Assembly: GCF_006345805.1 (NCBI RefSeq) | Contig: NC_042999.1 | Span: forward strand, 172,732,001-172,796,000 | Direction: 5' to 3' | Origin: Octopus sinensis | Lineage: Eukaryota | Length of the DNA: 64,000 bases | The notes under the pieces: generated by a model | Databases searched by the model: none | What the model was told of the DNA's origin: nothing | The model's input: only the letters and a program-made list of their open reading frames with translations | Position numbers and translations under genes: made by a program | In this document: positions 29,231 through 41,638 of the stretch, piece by piece | How the letters are laid out: every line of letters begins with the position of its first letter | How positions within the stretch are numbered: the first letter of the stretch is position 1

Positions 29231-29600
29231 TGACGAGCTGACAAAAACGTTAGCAAGGCGGGCAAAATGCTTAGTGGTATTTCGTCAGCAGCTACGTTCT
29301 GAGTTCAAATTCCGCCGAGGTCGATTTTGCCTTTCATCCTTCCGGAGTCGATTAAATAAGTACCAGTTACGCACTGGGGTTGATCTAATCGACTTAATCC
29401 GTTTGCCTGTCCTTGTTTGTCCCCTCTGTGTGTCGCCCCTTGTGGATAGTAAAGAAATAGGCATTTTGTCTATCTTTACGTTCTGAGTTCAAATTCCGCC
29501 GAGGTCGACTTTACCTTTCATCCTTTCGGGGTCGATGAATTAAGTACGAGTTGCGTACTGGGATCGATCTAATCGACTGGCCCCTTCCCCCCAAATGTCG
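29231..29600 (+). mobile_element. SINE family A, tandem of two units
   Basis: TTCTGAGTTCAAATTCCGCCGAGGTCGA..TT.CCTTTCATCC occurs at ~29297 and ~29480. Confidence 0.85.
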
Positions 29601-32477
29601 GGCCTGTGTTAGAGAAGAAAAAAGTATATGTTCGACTCACTTTCTCAAAACCATAATGCTGGGAAGTTAAATTGGCGTTCCAAACAGCTAAGTTATTATG
29701 TACACCTTTGACAGACTGCTAGCACTGCTAGCATAAAGACCAATTTTTAGTTCCAAAACCTTGCGCGAGAATATCACTCCGCTGCCCTTGATATTTGTCT
29801 ATTATACAAAGCTGAACTTTTTAAGCCGCACCGGACATATTACTTGATAGGAGAAGAGCTCTAAGTGCCTGATAACATTCTACACGTCAATCACCCATGT
29901 TTGGCTATCATTTATCTCGGAATTGTCGATCGACTAATTGTAGTGTTTAACAAAATCCAAGAATTGAAATATACAGATTAATGCTACCTTGTGTTTATTT
30001 CCGCACTACCTGGCGAGGTAATATCAATCTCCCCAGAGTCGAAAGTTACAGTTTCTCGCTGTGTTTACTATACTAATTCAATCGAAATTTAATCTCAAGT
30101 CAACTTGTTCGCAACACTTGTCAATGTTCCCGTTCTGTTGCGTAATGCCTTTCTTTCCAATTTACTTTTTTTGCTTTTATTGCTTGAATTATAATTAATC
30201 GTATTAATAGTTAAGCAGGATTAAAACTATTAATACTGCTAATCTGTTACAAATTTTCTATGTAGTTATATTTTTGTCTGCCTACTTATACCAAAATATA
30301 TTTACACTATGCTATAGCCACGTGAAACGAACTAAACATTTGTAAGCCAATTTTAACGATCATTTCGGGTAATTCCTTCTCAGTTACTTCACCCAACGCC
30401 ATTGGTCATTCAATGGAACAATTATTGAAACATTTTATTGACGAATACTTGCACATTACTTCTGTAATCAGTATACTTCTGCAATTATGACTAATTTCTA
30501 AAGGTAATTGCGTTTACTAATGGTTATTACAAAATATATTTCATCAGAGAGTTCTTGCTGCGGCAATATTTTATTATATTAATATTTATAAATATGAATT
30601 GTTTGTTAAGTTATGCACAAAATCCATGAACATTGTGAGTCGAAAAAATAGATCATATTCTAGCATATAACTGGTATTTTGTGTTAATTAAAAAAAGGAA
30701 AAATGAAATTTAGTTCTCTTCCTACGAGCAGAAATCGAATTAAAACCTTAGAAAGTTGTTTAGCTATTTCCTAATAATTTGGTTTGGTCAAAGGACTAAT
30801 GATCATGGTGTTTTCAAGTTGACAGATCGATGTAGTTGACTTAGTTTTCTGTAAAAGCGCCACATGATGGCTACAATAAAAACAGTACGGGTATAGAATT
30901 CCAAAAGAGAATAGATGGGTGGAATTTTAATGCTAGCTTAATGATGGTGAGGACAACAACGATCTACCACGTTTTTTCAGTCACCCACACTGAAAAATGT
31001 TATAAATTTCATTAATTATGAAAGTAGAGACTTTTGAAGAAATCCAAAATGGCTTGAGAATCATTCATATTAAGGTAGTTCAAGAATTTCTGTGCATAAT
31101 AAATAAACTATCTGAATTCCTTGCTTCTACTTGCTACCTCCAGATGAAGCGGTTGTACATATAGCTTTCGCATGCCCTCTAAGACTGATGAGACGCATGC
31201 CGTTTAAGTTTAGATTGAAGTATCATAGCCCAACGGCTACAGGAAAAACATAATAGAGGGGATGCATTATAAACCATATTCTGGGGAGAGACGATAGTAC
31301 ATAGACCATAATGTGTGACGAGGGGAAATGAACGTAGCGATAGCAACGGGGAGAGAAGAGACATGTGGTATGATGTGCTTTCGTTGAAGAACCAAAAGAC
31401 GAACTAAATGCGAGGAACAGAGTTCATTATGCTAGAGGTAGTAAAGGCAGATCTCTAACGATTGATAACTGACCTGCGATACCATCCAAATCTGAAAGTG
31501 GTCCCATATATCGTCCGTTGATCACTTGATAAATATGTTTTCGTATGTGTCTGTTTATTTTGGTTGGTAAGCGTGTATATATACATAGAGCATGTTTATT
31601 ATATCCATATCACACACACACAAACGCACTCACACATACTCACGTGTATATTTCAGTTTAATGAACGTGGCTCAGCAGTTAAGGATTCGTGTTAAAGCGG
31701 TGAATAACAAAATTTGGAAATCGGTATCTGAGAGGAAAATTGGATATGGTGGGAAGGCTTTTGGTTATAGTATGCCATCAATGAAGACTGGGGATAAATT
31801 ACAAAATTGTCAACGGTACATGATTGAATATTGTAATATAAACACCGTCATCAAGTACAAAATGTCTTAATTGCGTCAAAATAAAAAAAAATAACGAAAA
31901 TTTCTTTGGTTTGCCACAAAGCTAGCAACCTATTGATTCAACAAATCTCGAAGGTTAAAATACCAATGTTTAGAAGATTCTTTCATTGTAACAAAAGAAA
32001 TGCATAACTTTTGTTAATGAAGGGTGCTATCGATTAACGTGATTGCATGGACAGAGTGATAGTCATGCTCTGACACTGAATGAATGAATAGCGTTTATAT
32101 ACTTGTAATGCACTAGAATCTGACATTAATTGTACTTGGAATCACGGGTACACTGTAGATGAATTGACTCTAGAATATGTAATGAAATTTGTACGTACGG
32201 ATAAAAGCATTGTAATTGTCCCTAACGTACTACAGCTTGCAACACATAATTGAATATATTATTAATTAAAATTGTTAAAATGAAATTAATTAGAAATAGT
32301 GGTGAATCATTTCAACTATACAGTGATGTTGCAAATAGTATACACTATCCTAATAGATAGATAGATAGAAAGAGAGAGCGAGAATGAAAGAAAGAAAGAA
32401 CGATTGATCGATTGATAGATAGACAAACAGACAGTCAGACAGTCATATATATACGCGTGTGTGTATATAAACATATA

Positions 32478-32553
<76 letters not shown>

Positions 32554-32599
32554 ATATATATATATATATATAATGTAAATATGTATATACATGTATACA

Positions 32600-33490
32600 T
32601 ATGGATAATAGCCAACGGGCGGAAGAGAGCAATATGCTCCTGAACGAGGAAAAATTTGTGTTAATGCAATTTGGAAAAGGGGATACCCTGAAACTCCCAT
32701 ATTCCTTTCCCTCAGGTGACACTCCAGTGGCATCCAACATCATCTGAGACTTGGGAGTAACTGAAGATAATAACATAAGCTGAACTACTCACATAAATAG
32801 CGAAGTCGACATGGCCTGCAGAATGTGCCACTGGATTCTCTGAACTTTCCAGTCGAGAGATATCCACATGCTTATCCTTCTCTTCTCCACTTTTAACCGA
32901 CTCTACTTTGAATACAGTTGCCCACTGTGGTCTTCTCACATGAAACGAGGCATCGTTAAAGTTGAAGAGCCTCAAAGATCAATTGCGAGAAAGATAGATC
33001 GCATGACAGGCCTTGAGTATTGCGATCCACTAGAATAGCTCATGCTTTATTCTCTTCAATGTCGCCATAATCATTTGTATGATATGGAAAATATTCCACT
33101 AGCATTTACTAAACGATTTTGGCATCACCTTTACGAAACACCCAAGATTTGGGCCCCGTGCTATCCGTCCACAATATAAATCACACTCGCATCTCATAAC
33201 GATACGGCACAATTATTTGACCTCAATTAGCCCTGCTCATTTTAACATAACTCCAAAACACATTAAAACAGAAACAGATTCCATAAAGTTCAAGAAGTCT
33301 TTGGACAAATTTCTTCAAGAAACCCCAAATAAATCTCCTACACCCGAGTATATCTCTGTAAATTATAACTGTCTACTTGAATGTGCGATGGTGTCCGAAT
33401 CCTGATTTGAATGACTTCGCCAGGCCGTACTATTAACTTAGACATGGTCTGGATCAATACTGGCTGAAACCCATCAAAGTATCAAATTAT
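32600..33490 (+). mobile_element. CR1-clade LINE 3' fragment, degraded
   Basis: AEESNMLLNEEKFVLMQFGK...DLGV...HIN...WIL.TF.SRD...EYSCPLWS; 3' end ...CCATCAAAGTATCAA. Confidence 0.8.
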
Positions 33491-33536
33491 TAATGTATAT
33501 ATATATATATATATAGAAAGAGAGAGAGAGAGAGAG

Positions 33537-33585
<49 letters not shown>

Positions 33586-33590
33586 TATAT

Positions 33591-33635
<45 letters not shown>

Positions 33636-33913
33636 TGCTGCTTCGTTTGTCTACTATACCGCTGGATAACAATATTAGCTTGTTTCTATTTCCATCTCCA
33701 TAAAGTTTCATTTCGCAAGTCTCAGATCCAATGGGTACCAGAGAAATATAAATCAACACTGGGTTCGAGTTTTGGGACTAAATAATTCATGGTCATGCCT
33801 GAATATAAAATCTACAATGACAGAAACAAGAAACAAGTAAAAAATAAAACATACTTACACAGACAAACACAAACACACAGACATACCTGTTTACACGCAT
33901 ATGTATATATATA

Positions 33914-33973
<60 letters not shown>

Positions 33974-34064
33974 CATACATACATACATACACATACATAC
34001 ATACATACATACATACATACATACATACATACATACATACATACATACATACATACATACATAC

Positions 34065-34900
34065 ATGTATGTTGACTTCACAAAAGCCTTTACGAAGGAA
34101 GATCATGGCATGGTATGTCGCAAACTGTGAGACCTTGAAAAGCTGGTAAACCGGGTGGGGGGTGAATGACTTCCTAAAACATAGTAATGAATCACTTGCA
34201 GCCAATGGTGAGTTCTAAAAGGAAGGAAACTCTGAGTGGTGTTCCCCATAGAACCATCTTGTGGAGATTAATGTTTATAATAGCTCTCTTAGACATGCTC
34301 ATTTCACTAACCATGCCATGGTCACTAACCATGCCCACGGTCACTAGTCATGCCCATGGCCACTAGCTATGCCCATTACCTCTAGCCATGCACATGGCCA
34401 CTAGCTATGCCCATGGACATTAACCATGGAGCGAAGTCGCGGAAGATATATTATAATTTACTTATAGAAAATTTTGGAAAGGCTGCTACCTAATTTCAGC
34501 ATCAGCTGTCATACAAATGCCCGAACTGGATACAAATGCATTGTATGAAAGGTACAGTCCATCTTATTCGAAGTCAGGGCCAGGTGGTGCAATAGCTTTG
34601 ATTTCGAAAGCTTACAGCTCATTAATGTTCTGACACGAAGTTATGAAGCGTTGTTTCTAGATGTCTTTAAAAAAGAATTTGATATTATCCTGCCCGCGAA
34701 TCCAAACAAACAAATCGCAGCATGAAGCGTAGACCAGGGCAGCAATGTCAAACTCATTCATACACCAAATAGACCAACAACGAGAGGAAAATGAGTAGCA
34801 ATATGCAATCCCGCCACCCGGAAGAATTCAGATATGGGATAAGTACAAAATCATGGTGGGGCTCTGGCATGACTAAAACAGTATCAAATAAATTCCCTTG
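34065..34900 (+). mobile_element. Second degraded CR1-clade LINE, internally deleted
   Basis: [18 protein letters not shown]...SGVP at 34065-34300, then a minisatellite, then C-terminal RYIIIY..KILE.L.PNF..-like sequence. Confidence 0.7.
34306..34428 (+). repeat. ~19-20-bp minisatellite (CACTAGCCATGCCCATGGC-like), about 6 diverged copies
   Basis: Visible tandem units inside the CR1 relic. Confidence 0.85.
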
Positions 34901-34904
34901 AATA

Positions 34905-35455
34905 TCACCAACCAGCGTGGCATTATAGGCGTCATCTACTATAGCCTTGGGCCGACCAAAGCCTTGTGAGTGGATTTGGCAGACTGAAACTGGAAGAAGC
35001 CTATATATATATATTATATATATATATATATATATTTATATTGTATAGAGGGCATTATTACACATAAATGCCACACGCTAAGAGGGACATAAGTCATTAC
35101 TACCAAAATTTAACTAACCATACCTAATGCAGCTCCCGAAGCAAGACATTTAAAAAACTGAATTTAGTTCTCTATCACCTGTTCTATATTCACAGGTGAT
35201 ATAGAACTAAATTCAGTTTTTTAAATGTCTTGCTTCGGGAGCTGCATTAGGTATGGTTAGTTAAATTTTGGTAGTAATGACTTATGTCCCTCTTAGCGTG
35301 TGGCATTTATGTGTAATAATGCCCTCTATACAATATAAATAAATATTTTCAAGTGAAAAAATTATTTTCGAATTTTTTCTCTTATGAGGTTTTTCACGCT
35401 AACTACCTGATAATTTCTTGTTAAGATTCCTTATTAAGAATTTATCCTTAATTGT

Positions 35456-35531
<76 letters not shown>

Positions 35532-35740
35532 CGCGCGTATCTTTCTGTTTGTCCCCACCCCATCGCTTGACAACCGATGCTGGTGTGTTTATGTCCCCGT
35601 AACTAAGCGGTTCGGCAAAAGGGACCGATAGAATAAGTACTAGGATTACGAAGGATAAGTCCTGGGGTCGATTTCTTCGACTAACACGCTTTAGGGCGTT
35701 GCTCTTCCCTGGCTGCAATCAAATGACTGAAACAATTAAA
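34905..35740 (+). mobile_element. SINE family B copy split by a palindromic insertion
   Basis: 5' part at 34905-35000 and 3' part at 35530-35740 are collinear with the 60675-61026 and 22650-22985 copies. Confidence 0.7.
35033..35341. repeat. Near-perfect palindrome, 150-bp arms, 9-nt spacer
   Basis: 35033-35182 vs 35192-35341, one mismatch seen; left end abuts (TA)n; lies between two halves of a SINE. Confidence 0.95.
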
Positions 35741-35763
35741 AAAAATATAAGTATATATGTGTG

Positions 35764-35815
<52 letters not shown>

Positions 35816-36451
35816 CAGACAGATCTGATGACCTGGAACTTGAAATTTGAATAAGTAGGTGGGAGGTGCAAATGCAGTAAATATAATCATGTCTCGCCCC
35901 TTGGCATTGGATATTGTTTTGAACCTTTTGCCTGCACCTACGTACAGAACACTATCTGACCACATAAAGCATTCACACACGTATTTCTGTTTACTTTTCG
36001 CAATGTTTCGGTACCAAGTCAAGGAATCCAACTGTCACAGATGTCTTCAAGGCAGAGCCACTTTCTCTTTCCAGACGCAACCAGCAGCATATTTTTCAAA
36101 TGCATAAATTTGCACCCTTTGAACTTTGAGATAAACCATTTATATAAAATTGTCAACAACTTACTCTCAAATAGATTACGCAATATTGATATGTATTTCA
36201 ACGAAACAGCTTTAATCGTTATATGAGTGTGTGTGTGTGTGTGTTTGCTTGTGTGTTTATTTGTGTGTGTTTGTGCGTGTGTATGTGAGTGTATATATAT
36301 ATAAATATATATATATGTATAACATGTGTGTGTATATATATACGTATTTACATATATAAGTTATATATATATATATGAACGTCCAATAATACTATATCTG
36401 TTACACGTCCTCGCGTTGTTGTGTTTTTTGTGCTTTCTTGTTTGGATTAAC

Positions 36452-36509
<58 letters not shown>

Positions 36510-37322
36510 ATATATATTATGTGTGTGATACCTATGTGTGTATGTGTGTATATGCATGTGTGTGCATGCGTGTGCTAAATTAACATTGTATATTTTGTCT
36601 TTCTATTTGATTTAGTCTAGGTTAGTACTGATGAAACTAACATGTGATAAAAGGCATTCAAACCGTGAAGGGTTTGCATTGAGATACAAAATATTACAAG
36701 GTGATGATATTCGGGGAATTTACTTCAATTCATCAGAAGTCATGTAACAAAATAGCAGTGCGCGTAACACCTTCAGCATTGCCGTTTACCCTCTTTGAAT
36801 TTATGTTCAATAATTCCAAAAGTATCTTCCCTTGAACTTTGAACGTTCCCGACTGACACAACGAGTTAGAATAGAAGTTATGTCCTAAACTACAATACTA
36901 ATGTATTAACATTTACACGCTTTTACATATATTTCACTATTCCTTCCGTAATATGTCACTGATAGTATAAGCACTCATAAATACCTTTTTCCAAACGCTT
37001 CATCAGGGTGAATTTAATAGTTTTATCACTGGTATTAGTCATCTCAAAAGTTAAGGACTTTTTCAAGTGAAATACAGCGAACTGTATCGGTAATGATGTC
37101 TCTACAAACTTATGGCGTCTGTGACAAGAAATAATATCATTTTGTCATTCATGAGATATATAATAATTTTTTAATGTTTTCTGTATATCGTGCTTTTTGA
37201 TAGATTAGCAGATAATACAGCTAGAAACATAAGTTGCTTATGAACCTACTTAAGAAATTAATAAATATATGCATACAAGTTAAAAGTCAAATTGTAATAT
37301 AATATGAATAACAATATTATTA

Positions 37323-37376
<54 letters not shown>

Positions 37377-37379
<3 letters not shown>

Positions 37380-40010
37380 ACAAGCCATCCCACAAGGCAT
37401 CCTGGAGACATCCAAGATCTCACAACTGGCATCAGCTGGATCTCATCATTACACGGATATCCTTTCTGAATTCTACTCTATTGACCCGCAGTTACCACAG
37501 CGCGGATTGTGACACAGACCAGTCACTAATTAGAAGTAGGGTGAGGATTCTGCCCCAAAAAGTCCATCGCTCCAAGAAAGTGGGCCGACCACGCATCAAC
37601 ACGCCAGAACCTCGGACCCTACACTGCGAAAATGTTTTGCTGCTTCTATCAAGGTTGCCATCAGTAGCTGCCCAACCTCCTCTGCTGAAAGTAGGTGGGA
37701 CTATATCAGGGAAGCCTTGTATACGACATCAATGGATACTTTCGGCACGAGAGAAAGGCAAAACCCAGATTGGTTCAAAGCTGGGCTCTCAGAGCTGGAG
37801 CCAGTTATCGAAGCAAAGCGTGCAGCTCTGATGCAATACAAGAATGACTCTTCTACAAAGTCACTCGAAGAACCCAGAAAGACACGAAATAAAACCGAAC
37901 TGACAGCCAGACGCTGTGCAAACAGGTATTGGCAGGAAATCTATCAGAGTATCCAGTCAGCTGCTGACAGAGGCGACACCCGTGGCATGTATGCCGGTTT
38001 GAAGAAGGCCCTCGGTCCATCCGCAACCAAGTCAGCCGCTCTGAAATCAACTACTGGAGATCTCATCAGGGATCAAGGCAAGCAAATGGATAGATGGGTG
38101 GAGCATTACCAGGATCTCTACTCATGGGAGACTACAGTGGCTGAGGCTGCAGTCGAGAGTGTCAAGATCTTGCCAGTCATGTACGAACTTGACAGTTCGC
38201 CATCTATAGCAGAGCTCACCAAGACTGTTGACTCCCTAGCAAGAAATAAGGCTCCGGGAAAAGACGGCATCCCCTCAGAGATCATCAAAGCCAGCAAAAA
38301 CACCATCCTGCTTCGGCACCTTCATGAGCTTCTGTGTCAGTGCTGGGAAGAGGGTACAGTCCCTCAGGATATGCGGGATGCTAACATCATCACGCTTTAC
38401 AAAAACAAAGGTGACCGTGGTGATTGTAACAATTACCGTGGTATATCCCTTCTAAGCACTGTTGGAAAGACCTTTGCCCGCGTTACCCTGGCCAGGCTAC
38501 AACTACTTGCTTCTCGAATCTATCCGGAATCGCAGTGTGGCTTTAGAAGAAACAGATCAACTATCGATATGATATTCTCCATACGCCAACTTCAGGAGAA
38601 GTCCAGAGAACAGAAAATGCCATTATATATGGCCTTCATTGATCTAACAAAGACTTTTGACTCGGTAAGCAGAACAGGCCTATTCATCCTGCTCCAAAAA
38701 ATCGGATGTCCACCAAAGCTGCTGAGGATCATCAAGTCTTTCCATGATGACATGCAAGGCACCATACAGCACAACGGTTCAACATCAGCCGACTTCCAAA
38801 TAAAAAACGGGGTAAAGCAAGGTTGTGTCCTCGCTCCTACATTGTTTGGCATCTTCTCGCTCTTACTTTCACATGCCTTTCAGACATCAGATGATGGAGT
38901 GTTTCTGCACAGTAGAAGTGACGGGAAACTGTTCAATCTCTCGCGCCTGCGTGCCAAGACCAAAATCAGAAACGTCCTGATCAAGGAGATGTTATTTGCT
39001 GATGATGCCGCTCTAGTAACACACACAGAAGAAGCCCTCCAAAGGCTCATTAACTGTTTTGAGCAAGCATGTAACGACTTTGGCTTAGCTATCAGCCTTA
39101 AGAAGACCAACATCATGGGCCAGGCTACATCGGACATCCCAAACATACATATTGGAGACCACAGATTACAAGAGGTGGAGAAGTTTACCTATCTGGGCTC
39201 TACCGTCACCTACAACCTATCCCTTGACGCTGAGCTCAATATACGCAGTGGCAAGGCAGCTGCTGCGATGGCCCAACTCTCCAAACGGGCTTAGGACAAC
39301 AATAAGCTGACCAAGACCACGAAAATGAAGATCTACCAGGCATGTGTACTCAGCACTCTACTGTATGGAAGTGAGACCTGAACGCTATACACACTCCAAG
39401 AGCGTCGCCTAAACATCTTTCACCTGCGCTGCCTCCGAAAAATCCTCTGCATCAAATGGCAGAATCATATCCCCAACAAAGATGTCCTCAGGCAAGCAGG
39501 AATACCAAGCATGTTTGCACTCCTCACACAAAGACGTATGAGATGGCTTGGGCATGTTAGCCGTATGAAAGATGGCAGAATCCCCAAGGACATACTCTAC
39601 GGAGAGCTTGCTAGGGGTACTAGGTCTGTGGGTAGACCGATCTTACGTTACAAGGATGTTTGCAAAAGGGACATGAAGGCCTGCAACATTGATATTAGCG
39701 GTTGGGAGGCAGTTGCCGGCAACCGTGGAGAATGGCGACGTACCGTAAAAGAGGAAATACAAAGGAGTGACAGAGAGAGAGAGAGGAGAAATAGAAAGAA
39801 AAGAAGAGACGTCAACTAGAGACTATGGCATTACAACCAGCATGGAACAATCTTCGCTACATTTGCGGTACCTGCCACAGGGAGTGTTTGTCCAGGATAG
39901 GACTACACAGCCACAGCAGGAAATGTATCAGGACATGAAATATAAAAGCCGGACTAGACTACTTTATGCGCAACTCCATTGTCTCCCGAGACAGAAAGGA
40001 TGCCAACCAA
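37377..40010 (+). mobile_element. 5'-truncated RTE-clade (BovB-like) LINE, AP-endonuclease end plus RT, few disablements
   Basis: SWRHPRSHNWHQLDLII...SADCDTD (APE C-terminus); 525-aa ORF 37717-39294 with NYRGISLLS, PESQCGFR, FIDLTKTFDSV, GVKQGCVLAPTLF, LFADD; in-frame stops at 39292 and ~39380; CCHC-like 3' end and (ATT)n on both sides. Confidence 0.95.
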
Positions 40011-40013
40011 TTA

Positions 40014-40078
<65 letters not shown>

Positions 40079-40631
40079 GAGTGAGAGAGCAGTGCATGCT
40101 ATCAGAGTGACCCTGGGGTAAAATATACGAAGCCCAATATACACATCATGACTACCCGTCTGATAAGGGTACACCAGGCACATGCAACACAACCATATGT
40201 GCGCGATATGGTGATCTTATATCAAGATAAACAGCACATGACCTTGCAGGTGGGGCCCAGTTAGAATTTTCTTCAGGTTGAGTAGCCCACCCCGCTCAAA
40301 AGGTCCCTGAATAAGGGTTGTTTAAGGATGTTGAAAGAACCACCCATGTTTCCAGAGGTGAATTATTCAACCCCAAAGAATCCCTCTCAACACATGGCTA
40401 TGATGCTCCCCCACTACTTCTGCTCATGATCAGAGATGCACATATCGTCAGCCACTAAGGGACATGCTCAACTGGTTAAGGTCAAACAACTGACAAGCAA
40501 ATCTGTGGTATTGAGCAGAATATTTGCTGTAGCCCATCTTTTATACCAAGACAAAACAATGTACATGATAACACTTCCAATCAGTTAAGATCAGAAGCCA
40601 TGAGAGCCACTGCCTGGTACTGCATCAGGGC

Positions 40632-40633
<2 letters not shown>
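40079..40633 (-). mobile_element. ~555-bp non-coding interspersed element embedded in (ATT)n (SINE-like, orientation inferred)
   Basis: Bounded by (ATT)n tracts at both ends; ~205 bp recurs nearly identically at 49785-49990; no ORF. Confidence 0.7.
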
Positions 40634-40674
<41 letters not shown>

Positions 40675-40725
40675 TATTATTATTATCATTATTATTAATT
40701 ATTATTTTCATTATTATTATTATTA

Positions 40726-40779
<54 letters not shown>

Positions 40780-40984
40780 ATCAACTGCGCCCAATTCTGC
40801 TTCCACCACTTGCCGAGCGACTTAGCGCATAGAAACACATTGCATACATTGGTAGGCCAGATTGTTCATTTGAAAAGTCACGTGATAGAGAGAAGGGGGA
40901 AGAAAGACAGAGGGAAAAAGGAAAAAATAAAGACTCAAATAAGTAGACAAAGAAAATAAAGGGGAAAAAGGAAAGAACATTCAC

Positions 40985-41420
40985 AGTGCCAATGCCCTTC
41001 TCAGTACATGTGACGTAACAGTTAAGACAATCTTTTACACTTCGTGTATGAATAGTCAGCCATGGATCATTCTTAAACAATTTTCAATTCTTTTCTTAAT
41101 CATTCCAAGTGCTCCTACAATCACTGGAATTGTAGCCGTCTTGAGATGCCATATCTTTTCAATTTCAATTACCAAATCTTTATATTTTCTGAGCTTATCA
41201 AATTCTTTTGCTGAGATATTATGGTCACAGGATATGCTCATGTCAATCAATAAACAGACTTTATTTTTTTTACCTTTCATAACAATATTTAGTTCATTTG
41301 CTTTGATGGTTCGCTCTGTACATACTGGAAGATCCCAAAGAATCCTTATATTTTCTTCCTCAGTTACAGTCTCATGGTGGTGCAAATTGTCAGCTAATGG
41401 ATTTTTCTCTCAATCTTCCT
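40985..41420 (-). mobile_element. RLE C-terminal fragment of an R4/Dong-like LINE
   Basis: ILWDLPV...CLLIDMSISCDHNISAKEFDKLRKYKDLVIEIEKIWHLKTATIPVIVGALGMI...KIVLTVTSHVLRRAL. Confidence 0.9.
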
Positions 41421-41557
41421 TATTTCGCTCATAATAAAATTCAACACATTGAAAATGTAAATAACAACCGGAACTGTTAAGAAAATTATCACTAATACCG
41501 TGTTACGTGCATGTAACTCAGGTTTTAGGACTGCCCGAACTCTCCTCTAATATTCCT

Positions 41558-41638
41558 TCCTGATCTTCTCTTTCATGCTTGCATTTTGATCTTCTCTTTC
41601 ATGCATGCATCCTGATCTTTTCTTTCGTGCTTGCATGC
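41558..41638 (+). repeat. ~26-bp minisatellite x3 (TGATCTTCTCTTTCATGCTTGCAT)
   Basis: Direct reading. Confidence 0.85.

Noticed and set aside
29231-29330. tRNA gene-like A/B boxes in SINE heads (also at 60675)
   Set aside because: No cloverleaf could be completed and they continue into SINE bodies.
31180-31215. CTGATGA followed by a GACG/CGTT stem
   Set aside because: No GAAA after the stem; chance match.
40540-40633. Possible 5S rRNA-derived head or HDV-like ribozyme at the end of the 555-bp element
   Set aside because: Only patchy similarity to 5S; P1/P3/L3 of an HDV-like fold could not be assigned.
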